Positions 1 to 11,245 of a DNA stretch of 64,000 bases are shown here, in pieces (the stretch's first letter is position 1; every line of letters begins with the position of its first letter). The stretch is from Paraspadella gotoi (taxonomy: Eukaryota > Animalia > Chaetognatha). Where the stretch lies: the NCBI GenBank assembly GCA_051294375.1, contig CM119270.1, positions 18,077,710 to 18,141,709 of the forward strand, given 5' to 3'. Under the pieces are notes generated by a model. It made no database searches. It saw only the letters and a list, made by a program, of their open reading frames with translations, and had not been told where the DNA came from. Position numbers and translations under genes: made by a program.

Positions 1-275
1 AGGCGCCAATGTTGGACTCAAATTCTTGAAGAATCACTGAAACTGTCAACGTCTCCCTATTTGTGGCTTGTTTAATAAAAGATTGGTCTATACTCTAATT
101 AATTTTAATTTTAATTTTATTAAACCATTTGGTCTATACTCTAATTAATTTTAATCACCACTAAGTCGGCGAAAATTCCTCGCCCACTGGTTATATAGAA
201 GAGAAACTATCGAACAAACTGTTAATAGTTTCGTCATCTTTAACTCATCATCGATGTCATTTTGTTTTTTCAAAG

Positions 276-773
276 TTTCTCACCGATTCCCGATCGACTG
301 GTGGCGAAACGCGGACTACAGCGGATGGGAAGAGGAGATCGTGGGACAAAAGAACAACTTGGTAGAGAAGGCGGGAATTCCCAAGGAAGAAATCAAGGGT
401 TTCAGAGCGCCTTTTCTGCAGGTGATCGAACGATCGATTCCATTAATAAAATTTGAACATCAAGTCACAAATTTGTACTATATCAAATTATATACTAAAT
501 TATACTTTATAAATCTATTTACTCGTTTTGTAATTCATTAATAAATACAATTTACCAAATCAATACATAAATTCGATGAATCAACCAAATTAACAAATAA
601 CCAGGTCGGTGCGGACAACGAATTTTCAGTTCTTCACGATTCCGGTTTTCTGTACGAATCGTCGCTGCCAACTCAACAACAGGATCCCCCGCTCTGGCCG
701 TACACCCTCGAGTACGATACAGTCCAGGTAGAACTCCTTCTCACTCTTTCTGCTCTCTCTCTTCTCTTTCTCT

Positions 774-855
<82 letters not shown>

Positions 856-3410
856 TCCCAACCATCTTCCCCTCCTTTTTACAGGAATGCGTGATCGGCC
901 CATGCCCTACCAACTCCTACGCCGGCCTATGGGAAGTCCCCATGGTGGACCTGACCGGCACGTGTTCGTGGCAATCCTTGCGCCATGCCCGACGACGAGC
1001 GGTGCGATTCGGGCGGATCGGGCGACGCCCTGCTGCAGATGCTGCTGGACAACTTCCTGCGCCACTACGACTCCAACAGGGCGCCCTTCCCCGTCTTCAT
1101 TCACTCTTACTTCTTCGACAATCACGATTACGCGCTGAGGGCGATCGTGAGGTTTTTGGATAAGGTGAATTGGGGGTTGGAGGGGTAGGGGGTTGGAGGG
1201 GTGGAGGGTTGGAGGGGTTGGGGGGGTAGAGAGAGGAAGGGGAGAGAGAGGGAGGGAAAGATAAGAAAAAGAGAAGGGTGAGGGAAAAGCAGGGTTAAAG
1301 AGAGAAAAGGGGATGGGAAAAGAGAAGAGAGGAAAAGGAAGAAAGGTTAAAGAAGAAAATTTATTGACTTACAAGGGTGGGACCATATTAAGTGAAAAGA
1401 AGAAGAAGATTAAAGGAAAATAATAGAAGATTATGGGAAAAGAATAAGAAGATTAAAGGAAAAGAATAAGAAGATTTAAGGGAAAAGATTAGAAAATTAA
1501 GGAAAAAGAATAAGAAGATTAAGGAAAAAGAATAAGAAGATTAAGGAAAAAGAATAAGAAGATTAAGGAAAAAGAATAAGAAGATTAAGAAAAAATGGGA
1601 AAGAATACGAAATAAAAAATAATGGAGAAAGTTTAATAAAAATAATGTGATTACCCTCTCTCTCTCTCCACCCCTTCTACCCCCCACCCCTTCTACTCCC
1701 CACCCCTTCTACCCCCCACAACTCCTCAACACTCCCTCTCTCTCGAGGTCCTGGCTCAAGGCGACGTCTACGTGACGACGATATCTCGGACGATCGATTG
1801 GATACGAAATCCTCGTCCGATCGGGGAGTGGAGATCGTGCGGAAGCGGGGGATGGAAGGGCGGGGATTGGGGGGAGGAAAGGGCGGGGATCGGGGAAAGG
1901 AGGAGGAGGAAGAGGCGACGGCCGATGTCGTTGAAGGAGGATTTCCGTCACAACAACGAAGCATTGCGGTGAGATTAATTTAATTACGGAATGATCACTA
2001 TCATTGATTAATATTAATTATCTTCAATTGATTAAATTAGCTAATTAATCATTAATTAATCATTATCAATTATGTGTTCACGAAGGATCACGATTCGTTT
2101 GAATAGCGAAGACAAGGCAGACAACTGACTATGGTCTAGTGATTTCATAGTATTTTTTAAAAATCTATTTAATTATTTTTTTATTCTTTATTGATATTTA
2201 CATTGAAATTGTTATCTTGTTTTATGTCTTAGTTCGTCCTCGGTCAGCGGCGAAGACTCCCACGGTGTCTACGAGGTCGTTGAAGGACGACCTCTCGCGC
2301 CGAGAAAATTCAGAAATAAAAACAAAAGACGTCGATTTAAAAAGAAGAGGCCGAAGAATCGGAAACTGAGGAAGAGGCCAAGGAAGAGGCCAAAGAAGCC
2401 CAAGAAACCTAAGGTGAGGCCTGGGATTTGTGAAAGGGAAAGACGGTGAGCATTTGGTTGTGTGAAAGCTTAGTTGTGGAGTGGAGGCAGAAAAATCTGA
2501 AACCATTGCATGTGTTTTAAATAGAATTAGTTACAAAAAATTCCAAATTTACAAGCAGAGTGGGAGTAGAGAAAAAGCTTTTAAAAATGAGTCGCTAAAA
2601 ATAAAGTTAAATAAAAATGAAATAAATTAAATAAACTACTAAAATATACAAAAGTGTAACCTAATAAAGTTTTTTTTTTAAAACAAATTTGTCGCAGCTG
2701 TCTTAACTTTTTTTTTCAAAAAATTGATCTTTTCAAATTCATGTTTTAAAAATTTGTTACTAATCGAAAGAGTTGGTTTACAGACAACTTAGACATAGTT
2801 TTTGTCATAAACTAAACCAAAATCACGCCCACTTTGAGTCAAGTCAAGACGAGGAAAAAGTAAATATTGTATCGAAAAGTAAACAAAACTGGAATCTAAT
2901 CGATTACGACTGCTTAACATTCCTTCCGCCTTTATCGTCCAAACACGAAGTTAATTTTCTTTCATTTGCTTTCCGATTCAAACACTTTCCAGAATTAGAT
3001 ATTTTGATTATTACATTTAATTGATGAGTGATGAATTTGATTAAAATTGATCATTTTTTATTAGAGTGTTTAAAATGAGTGATTTTAATTTCACGATTTA
3101 TTAATTTAGCTTTGATTTACAGAATCTAGCCAGCTTGATTTAGCGAGCTGAAATTGATTTAAAAATGATCACTTTGATTGGAACGAATAAATTTATTTAT
3201 TATTTATTATTTATCCATCGACTTTCACAGATTTTCCGGTGTCCCGACGTCGGCCATTACTCGGCGAGTGACTCTTGTTCCGCCTTTTATCTTTGCGCGG
3301 GAAAAGGTTCGCAGGGAATCCGCCAGGAGTGCGCGGAGGGGCTGAGGTGGGACGCCAAGAAACAAATGTGCAATTGGTTGAGGGAGACCGAATGCGAAGT
3401 TGAAAATTAA
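276..3410 (+). CDS. Chitin deacetylase-like protein (polysaccharide deacetylase family), 5'-partial, with C-terminal CBM14 chitin-binding domain; exons 276-421, 605-727, 885-1164, 1748-1968, 2233-2413, 3231-3410
   Basis: Phase-compatible GT-AG exons give SHRFPIDWW..GFRAPFLQ|VGADNEF..FLYESS..PLWPYTLEY..|ECVIGPCP..GLWEVPM..NFLRHYDSNRAPFPVFIH..|..DVYVTTISRTIDWIRNP, which are typical animal CDA motifs. The last exon CPDVGHYSASDSCSAFYLC..C..GLRWD..MCNW..C is a six-Cys peritrophin-A domain. One +1 frameshift near 960. Confidence 0.88.
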
Positions 3411-4078
3411 GAAATGGCAACGAAAATCGTTGCATCGCGTCAAGTTTAGATTTTTTTTTCCCCTTATAATTTATAAAGTTTTCTCAATAAATTTACAAAA
3501 GAGTTTTCATTTAATTAGTTGTCGAAAAGTTATATTGAAATCTTTCACGTTTAGTATAGTAGACGTTTTTGTTCGGATTTCGAAATCTTATTGCTCCTAT
3601 TTAAATTAGATGATACTGTGTCGTCCACAATACAAAAATAAACTATATGTTTGTTTGTTGTTTGAGATTTTCATTCAATTTGTGTACAATAATCGTGCCT
3701 CCCGTCTTGACCGTTTTTCTTGCGTCTTTCGAGATTTTAAAATTGTTCTTAACATTAGACGATGTCAGAATGTGATTAAAGCTCTGCTATTAAAAACGAA
3801 CATTTTTTAAATATTTTTTTATGTAAAATAGATAGGTAGCAAAATTCCTATCTGTCGCTCTTTGACTATACACTTTACAGTATCCAGCTAAAATAAACAT
3901 TTAAGCAAGTACGTATGTATAATATACATTGTATATTGTATAACATAAAGTTTAAGAGTATATCAATAGGTGAAGCGCAGAGGGTAAAATATGAGCACGA
4001 GCAGTGACATTTGTTGAGGACAAAAAGGTATGAACTATTAGAATTATTCTTTGTACTATTTTCTACTTAGTATTTCAC

Positions 4079-7000
4079 TCAACACCGGTTTGAATCGGTG
4101 ATATTTTTCGAGAGCGTCGCCCAATCCGGAACCTCGTCCAAAGAAAACATGGCCGTGCCCCAAGTAAACACGCAAAAGAGAACGGTGACGATGGAGAGAA
4201 GATTCATGGCGAGACCCTGACGGACGAGAATGAAACTACTACTCTCATTCGACGGTTAGTAGTACTAACCGTCGAATGAGAAAAAACAAAGGGGGCAAAC
4301 GATTTTTTAAAAAAATAAGAAATACACATTTTCGGCTACGAACCGTCGTCATCATGTCCCGGATGTTGAGTTGACCGTAGCTGAAGACAATGGCGTTAGG
4401 GGGCGTGGCGACCGGAAGCATGAAGGCGAAAGAAGTTGAAAGCGTCACAGGAAGAAGAATCTTCAGCGGGTTGATGGACAGAGATTCTTTTGGGAGAAAA
4501 AAAAATAATTATCAAAAATGAGTAATGTTGTATGTAAAAACTAAATGAGTATTGAGTATGTTATCATTGCCTCTTCTCTTCTCTTCTCTTCTCTTCTCTT
4601 CTCTTCTCTTCTCTTCTCTTCTCTTCTCTTCTCTTCTCTTCTCTTCTCTTCTCTTCTCTTCTCTCTTTCCTCCCTACTTCTCTGTTTTACTTTTCTCTTT
4701 TTCTCTTTTCTTTTTCTTCTTTTCTCTCTTCTCCGTTGTCTTCTCTTTCTTCCCCGGACGTCCTTTCTTTCTCTTTCTCTCTCATCCCTCATCCCCTTTC
4801 CTCTTCTCTTCTCCTCCTTTCACCATCCTAACTCCTTTCTTCTACCATCTCCTCCAATCTTCTCTCCCTTTTCTTCTTCTCTTACATCTCCCGTGTCCCC
4901 TCCCTTCTTCTCTTCCCTCCCTTCTCCTTCCCCTCTCTTCCCCTCTTTTCCTCCTCCCCTCCTCTTTTCCCTCTCCCCTCTTCCTTCTCCTCCCCCTCTC
5001 TTCCTCTCTCCCTTCCACTCCTCTTTCCCCTCTCCCTCTTCCTTCTCCTCTCCCTTTCCCCTACTCCCTCCCTCCCTTTCTCCTCCCTCCCTTCCTCCCT
5101 CCTCTCTCCTTCCTCTCTCCTTCACCCCCAATGGCAGCTAGAATCGGAAACAGAATCGTCAGCGTGGAAGTGTTCGTCGTGAACTCAGTCGACGCGGCGC
5201 CGATCAAAACCAACAGCGCGACGAAGACAAAGTCGGGCGCCGCGGCGAAGTCGCTCAACGCCGCGGCGATCGTCGCCGAGAGGCACGAGGCTTGACAGCC
5301 CTCGGCCAAGGCGAATCCGGAGCCCAGCAGGAGCAGCACCCCCCACGGCACGCCCTTGACGGCCGTTTCCCAGTCTAGAAGGGGCTCGAAGGCCGGAGAC
5401 GAGTTTAAGACGTCTTCTTCGTTGTTGTTGTTGTCATCGCCGCCGCGGCGAAACAGTTCGACGAAGACGTTTCGCGACGGTACGACGAACAACGCCACGG
5501 CGAAAAAGAGGGCGACGGTGGCGTCGGAGATTCGCCCTGGCTCCGCTGCGCCGAGCAGCGCCGCCCATCCGCGGCAGAATCCGGGATCTCGGAAGAGCCA
5601 CGCCAGCGCAAGCAGCGCAAAGAGCGCCGAGACGGAAATCTCGGCGAAGCTCATGGCGCCGAGAGAAGCGTGGCGTCGGCGGAACTCGGCGAAGGCGGCG
5701 TCGGCGGCGGAAGATCCGGTCGGGCTGCTTCGGCAGCGACGGCAATTGCGGCAACTGCGGCAGCAGGAACAACCTCCCACAGCGACGCAGGGCGTCCCAC
5801 AGCAGCCCCAACAACTTCGGCCGCAACTTCCTTTTCCCAACGTCAGCAGCGATCGCCACCCCATCCAGCGGATCTCCAGACAAAAAGCGGCGACGACGAG
5901 ATTGAGCGCCACCAACGGCGACGCGAAGAAAAACCACGTGGCGAAGGAGACGGGGTGACCCGAATAGTGGGCGTCGAGTTGACCCTTGAAGACCAGGTTG
6001 GTCGCGGTTCCGGTGAGGGTGGCCATTCCGCCGATGTTGGCCGAGTAGCAGATGGAGAGCATGAGCATCTTGTCCAGGGGGGTTGGAGAGGGAATTGGAG
6101 AATGGGAGAAGTTGGGATGGGGAGGTGGAGCTGGTTTGATCTTTCCTTCGGGCGATGGTCGACGATCCTCTTCGACAAGAGGAAAGGACGATCCCACGAC
6201 ACCGTCCGAACCACCCTTAACCCCTTCGCGATCGCCGGGACTTTCAACAACCTCGCCCGATCCTTCGACACCCTCTTCTTCAAAGCGATCGTCGACGCTG
6301 CGCAGAGTCTGAAGGATGGAGTGAGCGATGGGCGTCATCATCGCCGTCGTCGCGGTGTTGCTCAACCACATTGAGAGAAAGCAGGTTACGCCCATGAAGG
6401 TGTAAAGGAGGGATCTAGAAAGTGGGGGATGTAGATTGTAGATGTTAAACAATATTATTTTTACTCAAATTATTAAAACAATAGATAGAGAAACAAGTAA
6501 TTTTTGCAAATCATACTTTTTCTCCCATTTAATTTTTTTTGTTTTGTTTTTTGTTTTTTTGTTTTGTTTTGTTTTTTTTTGTTTTTGTTTTTTGAAGAAG
6601 GGTTTCTCTCATAGAGCTGGAAAACAAAAATATTAATTTACAGATTTTCAAAAACTATCTATTAACCGGTTAAAATTATCTCACCTACCGAGTGACCTAT
6701 ATCCCCTAGTGTTCACTAATTTAAATATCTCACAATTTCACCGTTCACAAAATTCAATAGTTTTCTATAAATCCTTTTTATATTTTTTAGATTTTAATTT
6801 TTTTGTTCCAGTTCCCAGTATCTCACAATTCCCCCCCCCCAATTTCAGAGCTCCCATCATTTCGACTCATTTCCCACCCCCCCCCTCTCCTTTCCAAGTA
6901 TGACGCCGTCCAATAAGGCGCAGTTTGAACTGGCTATACGGGGACAGTTTCAACTGCGCCCTCTTTCTGTTCACGAAAACTGTCTTTTTTCCCTCTGTTT

Positions 7001-7412
7001 TGGGGAATCCCTACCACTAATTTTTACGGGGATTACTGTTTGAAGCCTTCTCCTTATCCACAGCGGAGAATCCCCGCTACTATTTTGATGGGGATTGACG
7101 TTTGAAGCCCTGTCCTGCCGTGAATCATCAGTCCTTGTTATAAAAATATTTAACTGAAAACATAAGAAACCTTAACAATCCTAATTTAAAAATCAATAAT
7201 TTATTTGCATTTAGATTCATTCCTATCTTAATTCTTAATTTTTCACTTAACAGTCACTTATCTATCCCTCATAAAAATGTATCATTTTCACATTTAAAAA
7301 CTTTCTTTCCTTTCATTACTATTTATTTATTATTAGAATAATTGTTAAATTCACCATTAGTTTAAACTTATTCCTTATTGTACATTACATAATGTATTAT
7401 TTTATCTCTCCC

Positions 7413-7457
<45 letters not shown>

Positions 7458-8366
7458 GCATCTTTGTGTTTTGAATTGAGAAAAAGACATTTGTTGTTGT
7501 GTGTTGTTTTGATTTTAATTCAAGTCTTCACCAGCACTCTATTCCATCAAAGCTGTATATCCAGCTAAATAACACACTTTTTTACACTTACAATATACTA
7601 TATGTCTTTCTTCTTTCTTCTTTAATTATCTTTTTCTTCTTCTTTTTCTTTCTTCTTTTTTCCTATATAATTGGTACAACCAATATAAAAATTATCCATT
7701 CATTTAATAAATAAGCTATCTTGCCCCTGACTTTGGACAGGCTTTGGTGGTTTAAGGCCTCCATCACTCTTACAAGATAATGACATAGCAGGTCCCTGCA
7801 AGCATTCAATCAAGACTCTCTCACAGTCTTGTTTATTCACTCCCCCTAATACCTGGCTTCCCTATCAATGAAGTGGAAAATATTTCAAAGAATGTTTCAA
7901 TTGTATGAAAAGACCACTCCCTTAAGTATTAGATCGGGAATACTTATTGTACTCCGCACTTGCATCAAAATACAAGGAGCTGAATTTTATGAAATTGTAC
8001 AACCAATATAAAAATTATCCATTCATTTAATAAATAAGCTATCTTGCCCCTGACTTTAGGAGGCCCTTTGGTGCGTTTAAAGCCTCCATCACTCTTACAA
8101 GATAATGACATAGCAGGTCCCTGCAAGCATTCAATCAAGACTCCTCTCACATGTCTTGTTTATTCACTCCTATATTTTCCTATATTTTTTTCTCCTTCTT
8201 TTTCCTTCTTTTTTTTTTCTTACTTTTTTCTGCATTAATATATCTGTAGTGATTAAAAATATATTAAAAGAAAGCAAAAAAAATTCAAATCTGTTGACCC
8301 TCATTGTTATCGCCATTGAGATACCTTGAAGCCCAAAAAAAAAGAACATTTGTGAGAGAGAGAGAT

Positions 8367-8415
<49 letters not shown>

Positions 8416-10280
8416 CCATTTCTCGTCCCCGTCATGAATTGCGGCGGGGATTTGCCGGGAATGATATCCCCGGCGAAGACCGCCGCAGGGCGTAGTTGCG
8501 GTGAACTTATAGTTCTCTTCCCCAAACTGCGCGAAGTTTAACAGTTTAAACTGCGAGGATATGGCCCGCGTTAATACTCCTCCTTTTAACTCGCCTCGGC
8601 GACTTCCCGATCCTCAACAGCACCGTCAGCGCGAGCCTCTCGTGGACGCGCCACTTTTCGAAGGCCACGGCGACGATGAGTCCTCCAGTGAAGAGCATCG
8701 TCGTATCCTGGCGGAAATGATTGGGTCAGAGGTCAGGGATATGCCGGATATGGGTTTGGTTAGGGATTAGGGTTTGTTTTTGTTTTTTTGATTGATTTAT
8801 TTATTATGTAGAATATGCTAAAGTTTAACGCAATGACAGTAAAATTGTTCGTGAGCTTCACATATGTAAAAGCAATTTAAGGTAAGATTTAAGGTAAGAT
8901 TAGATTAGATTAGATTAGTTAGATTAGGGGTTAGGTAGGTTAGTTAGATTAGATTAGTTAGATTAGTGGTTAGTTAGATTAGTTAGGTTAGATTAGATTA
9001 GATTAGTTGGATTATGGGTTAGTTCTGTTAATTAGGTTAGTTACTTAGGAATGTGGTTAGAGATTTAGTTAAGGTCATAATAATAGCGACTAGGTTTCGG
9101 GTTTATGGTTAAGGGATATGGTTAGGGATTTGGGTTAGGGATTAAGGTCAGGGATTAAGTTTAGGTTAAAATTAAGTTTCGGGGATTAGCTCGCTTTTGG
9201 AGAATAGTCCCGATGAATGGATACGAGACGGACTGCCTTATTCCGACCGACCTAACCTTGAAGTACAAAGCCGAGACCCTTTTGGCCGGCATGATGTCCA
9301 AAGCGGGAAAGAGAATGACGGGAAGGAGAGAAGTCACGGAGATCGGGAGGACCTCTGTCGCCCAGAAAATTCCCATGACGAGGATGACGTAGGCGACGCG
9401 GGACTTGGGGGTTGGGTGGGAGTAGGGGGGTGGGTGGGGGAGGAATGGAATGGGGGTCAATGGGGAAAGGGAAAAGGGAAAGGTTTAGTTAGCCTTAGTT
9501 CTAGAGTAGAATCGGAACTGTGGAATTTTACCGCCGTTCAGCCAACCCCTTTGGCTCAGAGGGGCGACGCACCATCCCAAGCGCTAGGTTCCATCCTCTG
9601 TCGTCTGCGTTGGCAAATCGAAACCGTCTTAGGGTAACCGCACCAGGACAGAGAGTCAGATGCCCCATTCCAATGGGCATCACAGACAACCCGGCTGTTG
9701 CCATAACGTATGAGTTTTATTCTTACATGAAAAGAGATATTATGGTAACCAGATTCTAAGCGTGAACATTACTGATACAGTTATAGAAATATAATTATAT
9801 ATATGTAGTCGGGCATTGCCTAGGTTCACCCCGCCTAGAATCATGACACTTTCAGTTGTGACCCGGTGGCTCATTGAGTAAAGCCATCAGCTCATGACCA
9901 CTAGGTACCGGGTTCAATCCCAACCCGGTACCTACCCTGCGGGAAGCGTGAGGACGGCCGTAAGCCGCCTTGGGGGCATGGCAAACCCTCAAGCCTAGTT
10001 CCAAGCCCAGGGACCCGTTCCATGGCTGCTAGAGGGGTTTATAGAAGTTACGGACAGTCATCTTCAGCCCACGTAGCGCCTTATCCACATATATATGGAT
10101 TTATTTGGTAAAATGATTTAAATGTATTTATGTTATCTTTTGTCAGTGTAAGAGCGAAAATAAACTTACCTGATCCGTCTTTACGACGAGAGGAAGAGGA
10201 AGAAGAAGCAGGAAAGTGAGAAGAATTATCACCAATGGTCCGATTTGTCGATAAAAATGTTTCGCGCGTTTGACCGACAT
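4079..10280 (-). CDS. SLC13-family Na+-coupled di/tricarboxylate or sulfate cotransporter; exons 10170-10280, 9257-9403, 8595-8707, 5126-6414, 4344-4486, 4079-4216
   Basis: Motifs WATEVLPISVTSLLPVILFP, FLSMWLSNTATTAMM, YSANIGGMATLTGTATNLV, TEFTTNT and SFAFMLPVATPPNAIVF. Exon phases join in frame if intron 3 uses a GC donor at 8594. Confidence 0.92.
7664..7906. mobile_element. Dispersed repeat family A (~250 bp); further full or partial copies near 7989-8170, 17985-18298 (reverse), 19826-19925, 28615-28710, 44221-44292, 60616-60830 (reverse), 63125-63350 (reverse)
   Basis: Shared core 'aaccaatataaaaattatccattcatttaataaataagctatcttgcccctgactttggacaggctttggtggtttaaggcctccatcactcttacaagataatgacatagcagg' recurs in both orientations. 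No coding capacity; class not determined. Confidence 0.8.
9533..9706. mobile_element. Dispersed GC-rich repeat family B (~250 bp); copies also at ~19102-19370 (reverse relative to this copy), ~36067-36313 and a diverged copy at ~45437-45545
   Basis: Shared blocks 'gttcagccaa..ggctcag', 'ctgcgttggcaaa', 'agggtaaccgc.ccag' and 'gggcatcac...caacccggctgttgccata'. All four copies lie in introns. Confidence 0.75.
9804..10089 (+). mobile_element. Probable solo LTR (TG...CA) containing tRNA-derived Pol III A/B boxes; alternatively a tRNA-SINE
   Basis: Begins TGTAGT, ends CCACA, flanked by TATATA on both sides. A box 'tggctcattgag' ~9868, B box 'ggttcaatccc' ~9911. Layout matches the LTRs at 51465-52184. 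Confidence 0.6.
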
Positions 10281-11205
10281 TGTTTTGGTTCTTTGTTTGT
10301 TTTGTTTCTTTGTTGGTTTTGAATTTTTGAGAAAATAAAGTTTCGAAGCACTTGTTGAAAAACTAGTCAGCCTCGCTTTCGAATTGAAATATTTTTAATT
10401 AAAAATTAAAAATTAAAAATCGAATTGAAATAATATGTACAATCCGGTTTACTCTCCCGAACGAGATTAACAGACGAACCGCCTTTTTTGGTAGATTTTT
10501 TTTTTTTTCGAAGGTTCTGAGAGGAGATGATTTCTCGAATTCTTCATACGGTTTTATTTACAGTGAAAAATTATTTATGACGTTGATTGAAAGGTGAAAA
10601 CGACGGGGCAAAGTCTAAGAAGTAAAGTCTATAAATTATTAAATTTATTTTACTCCGTGATTGTTGTTGTACTCGTTGCACTGATGGATCAAAGATCAGA
10701 TTCTTTAGGATTAGTTATAGAGTTATATTTATGTTATAAACTGTTGGGGGGAAAAAAACTCATCGTGCCTTATTAAAGATAATAAAAAAAAACTTGACTA
10801 AGTCGATACAGCGGAATTCCCTTCCAAAAAAACCGGTTCCAGATTAAAAGACGAAAACTGTCGAGGAATTTGAAGGTAACAAAAAAATTAATTTCGACTG
10901 TTGAAAACAAAATTAAAGATAATGTGTTGACGAAACAAGAAAATTAAAGATAATGTGTTGATGACACAAGAAACAAAACCATATCCGTCAATCAGTTATA
11001 CAAATAAAATAAAGAATTTTTCGATTGGATGAATTTTGTCATCGTCTACGGTTCCATCTTCTCTAAAATAAACTAAACAAAACCTAATTCAATCCAATTT
11101 AAACTACGCGCTTCAACATCCTAAAACGATCCATCAATCCCTCCAGCAATAGACTTACTTTTTTTTTCCGCTCCTCTCCTTCGCTCCAGCATTCGACTCT
11201 CTCTT

Positions 11206-11237
<32 letters not shown>

Positions 11238-11245
11238 GTCTCAAA

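Noticed and set aside
4541-5125. Long ORFs of SLLF/REEK/PPS repeats (also 626-913, 22480-22824, 30408-30935, 46558-47462, 61380-62321)
   Set aside because: Translations of (CT)n/(GA)n/(CTCTT)n and purine tracts that lack stop codons; they mostly lie in introns or intergenic DNA.
5356-6374. Plus-strand ORFs opposite SLC13 (similarly 12669-13214, 20076-20836)
   Set aside because: Antisense shadows of GC-rich exons with no recognisable motifs.
8880-9190. TTAGG/TTAGGG-like tracts as telomere
   Set aside because: Degenerate and intronic within SLC13; simple-sequence DNA.
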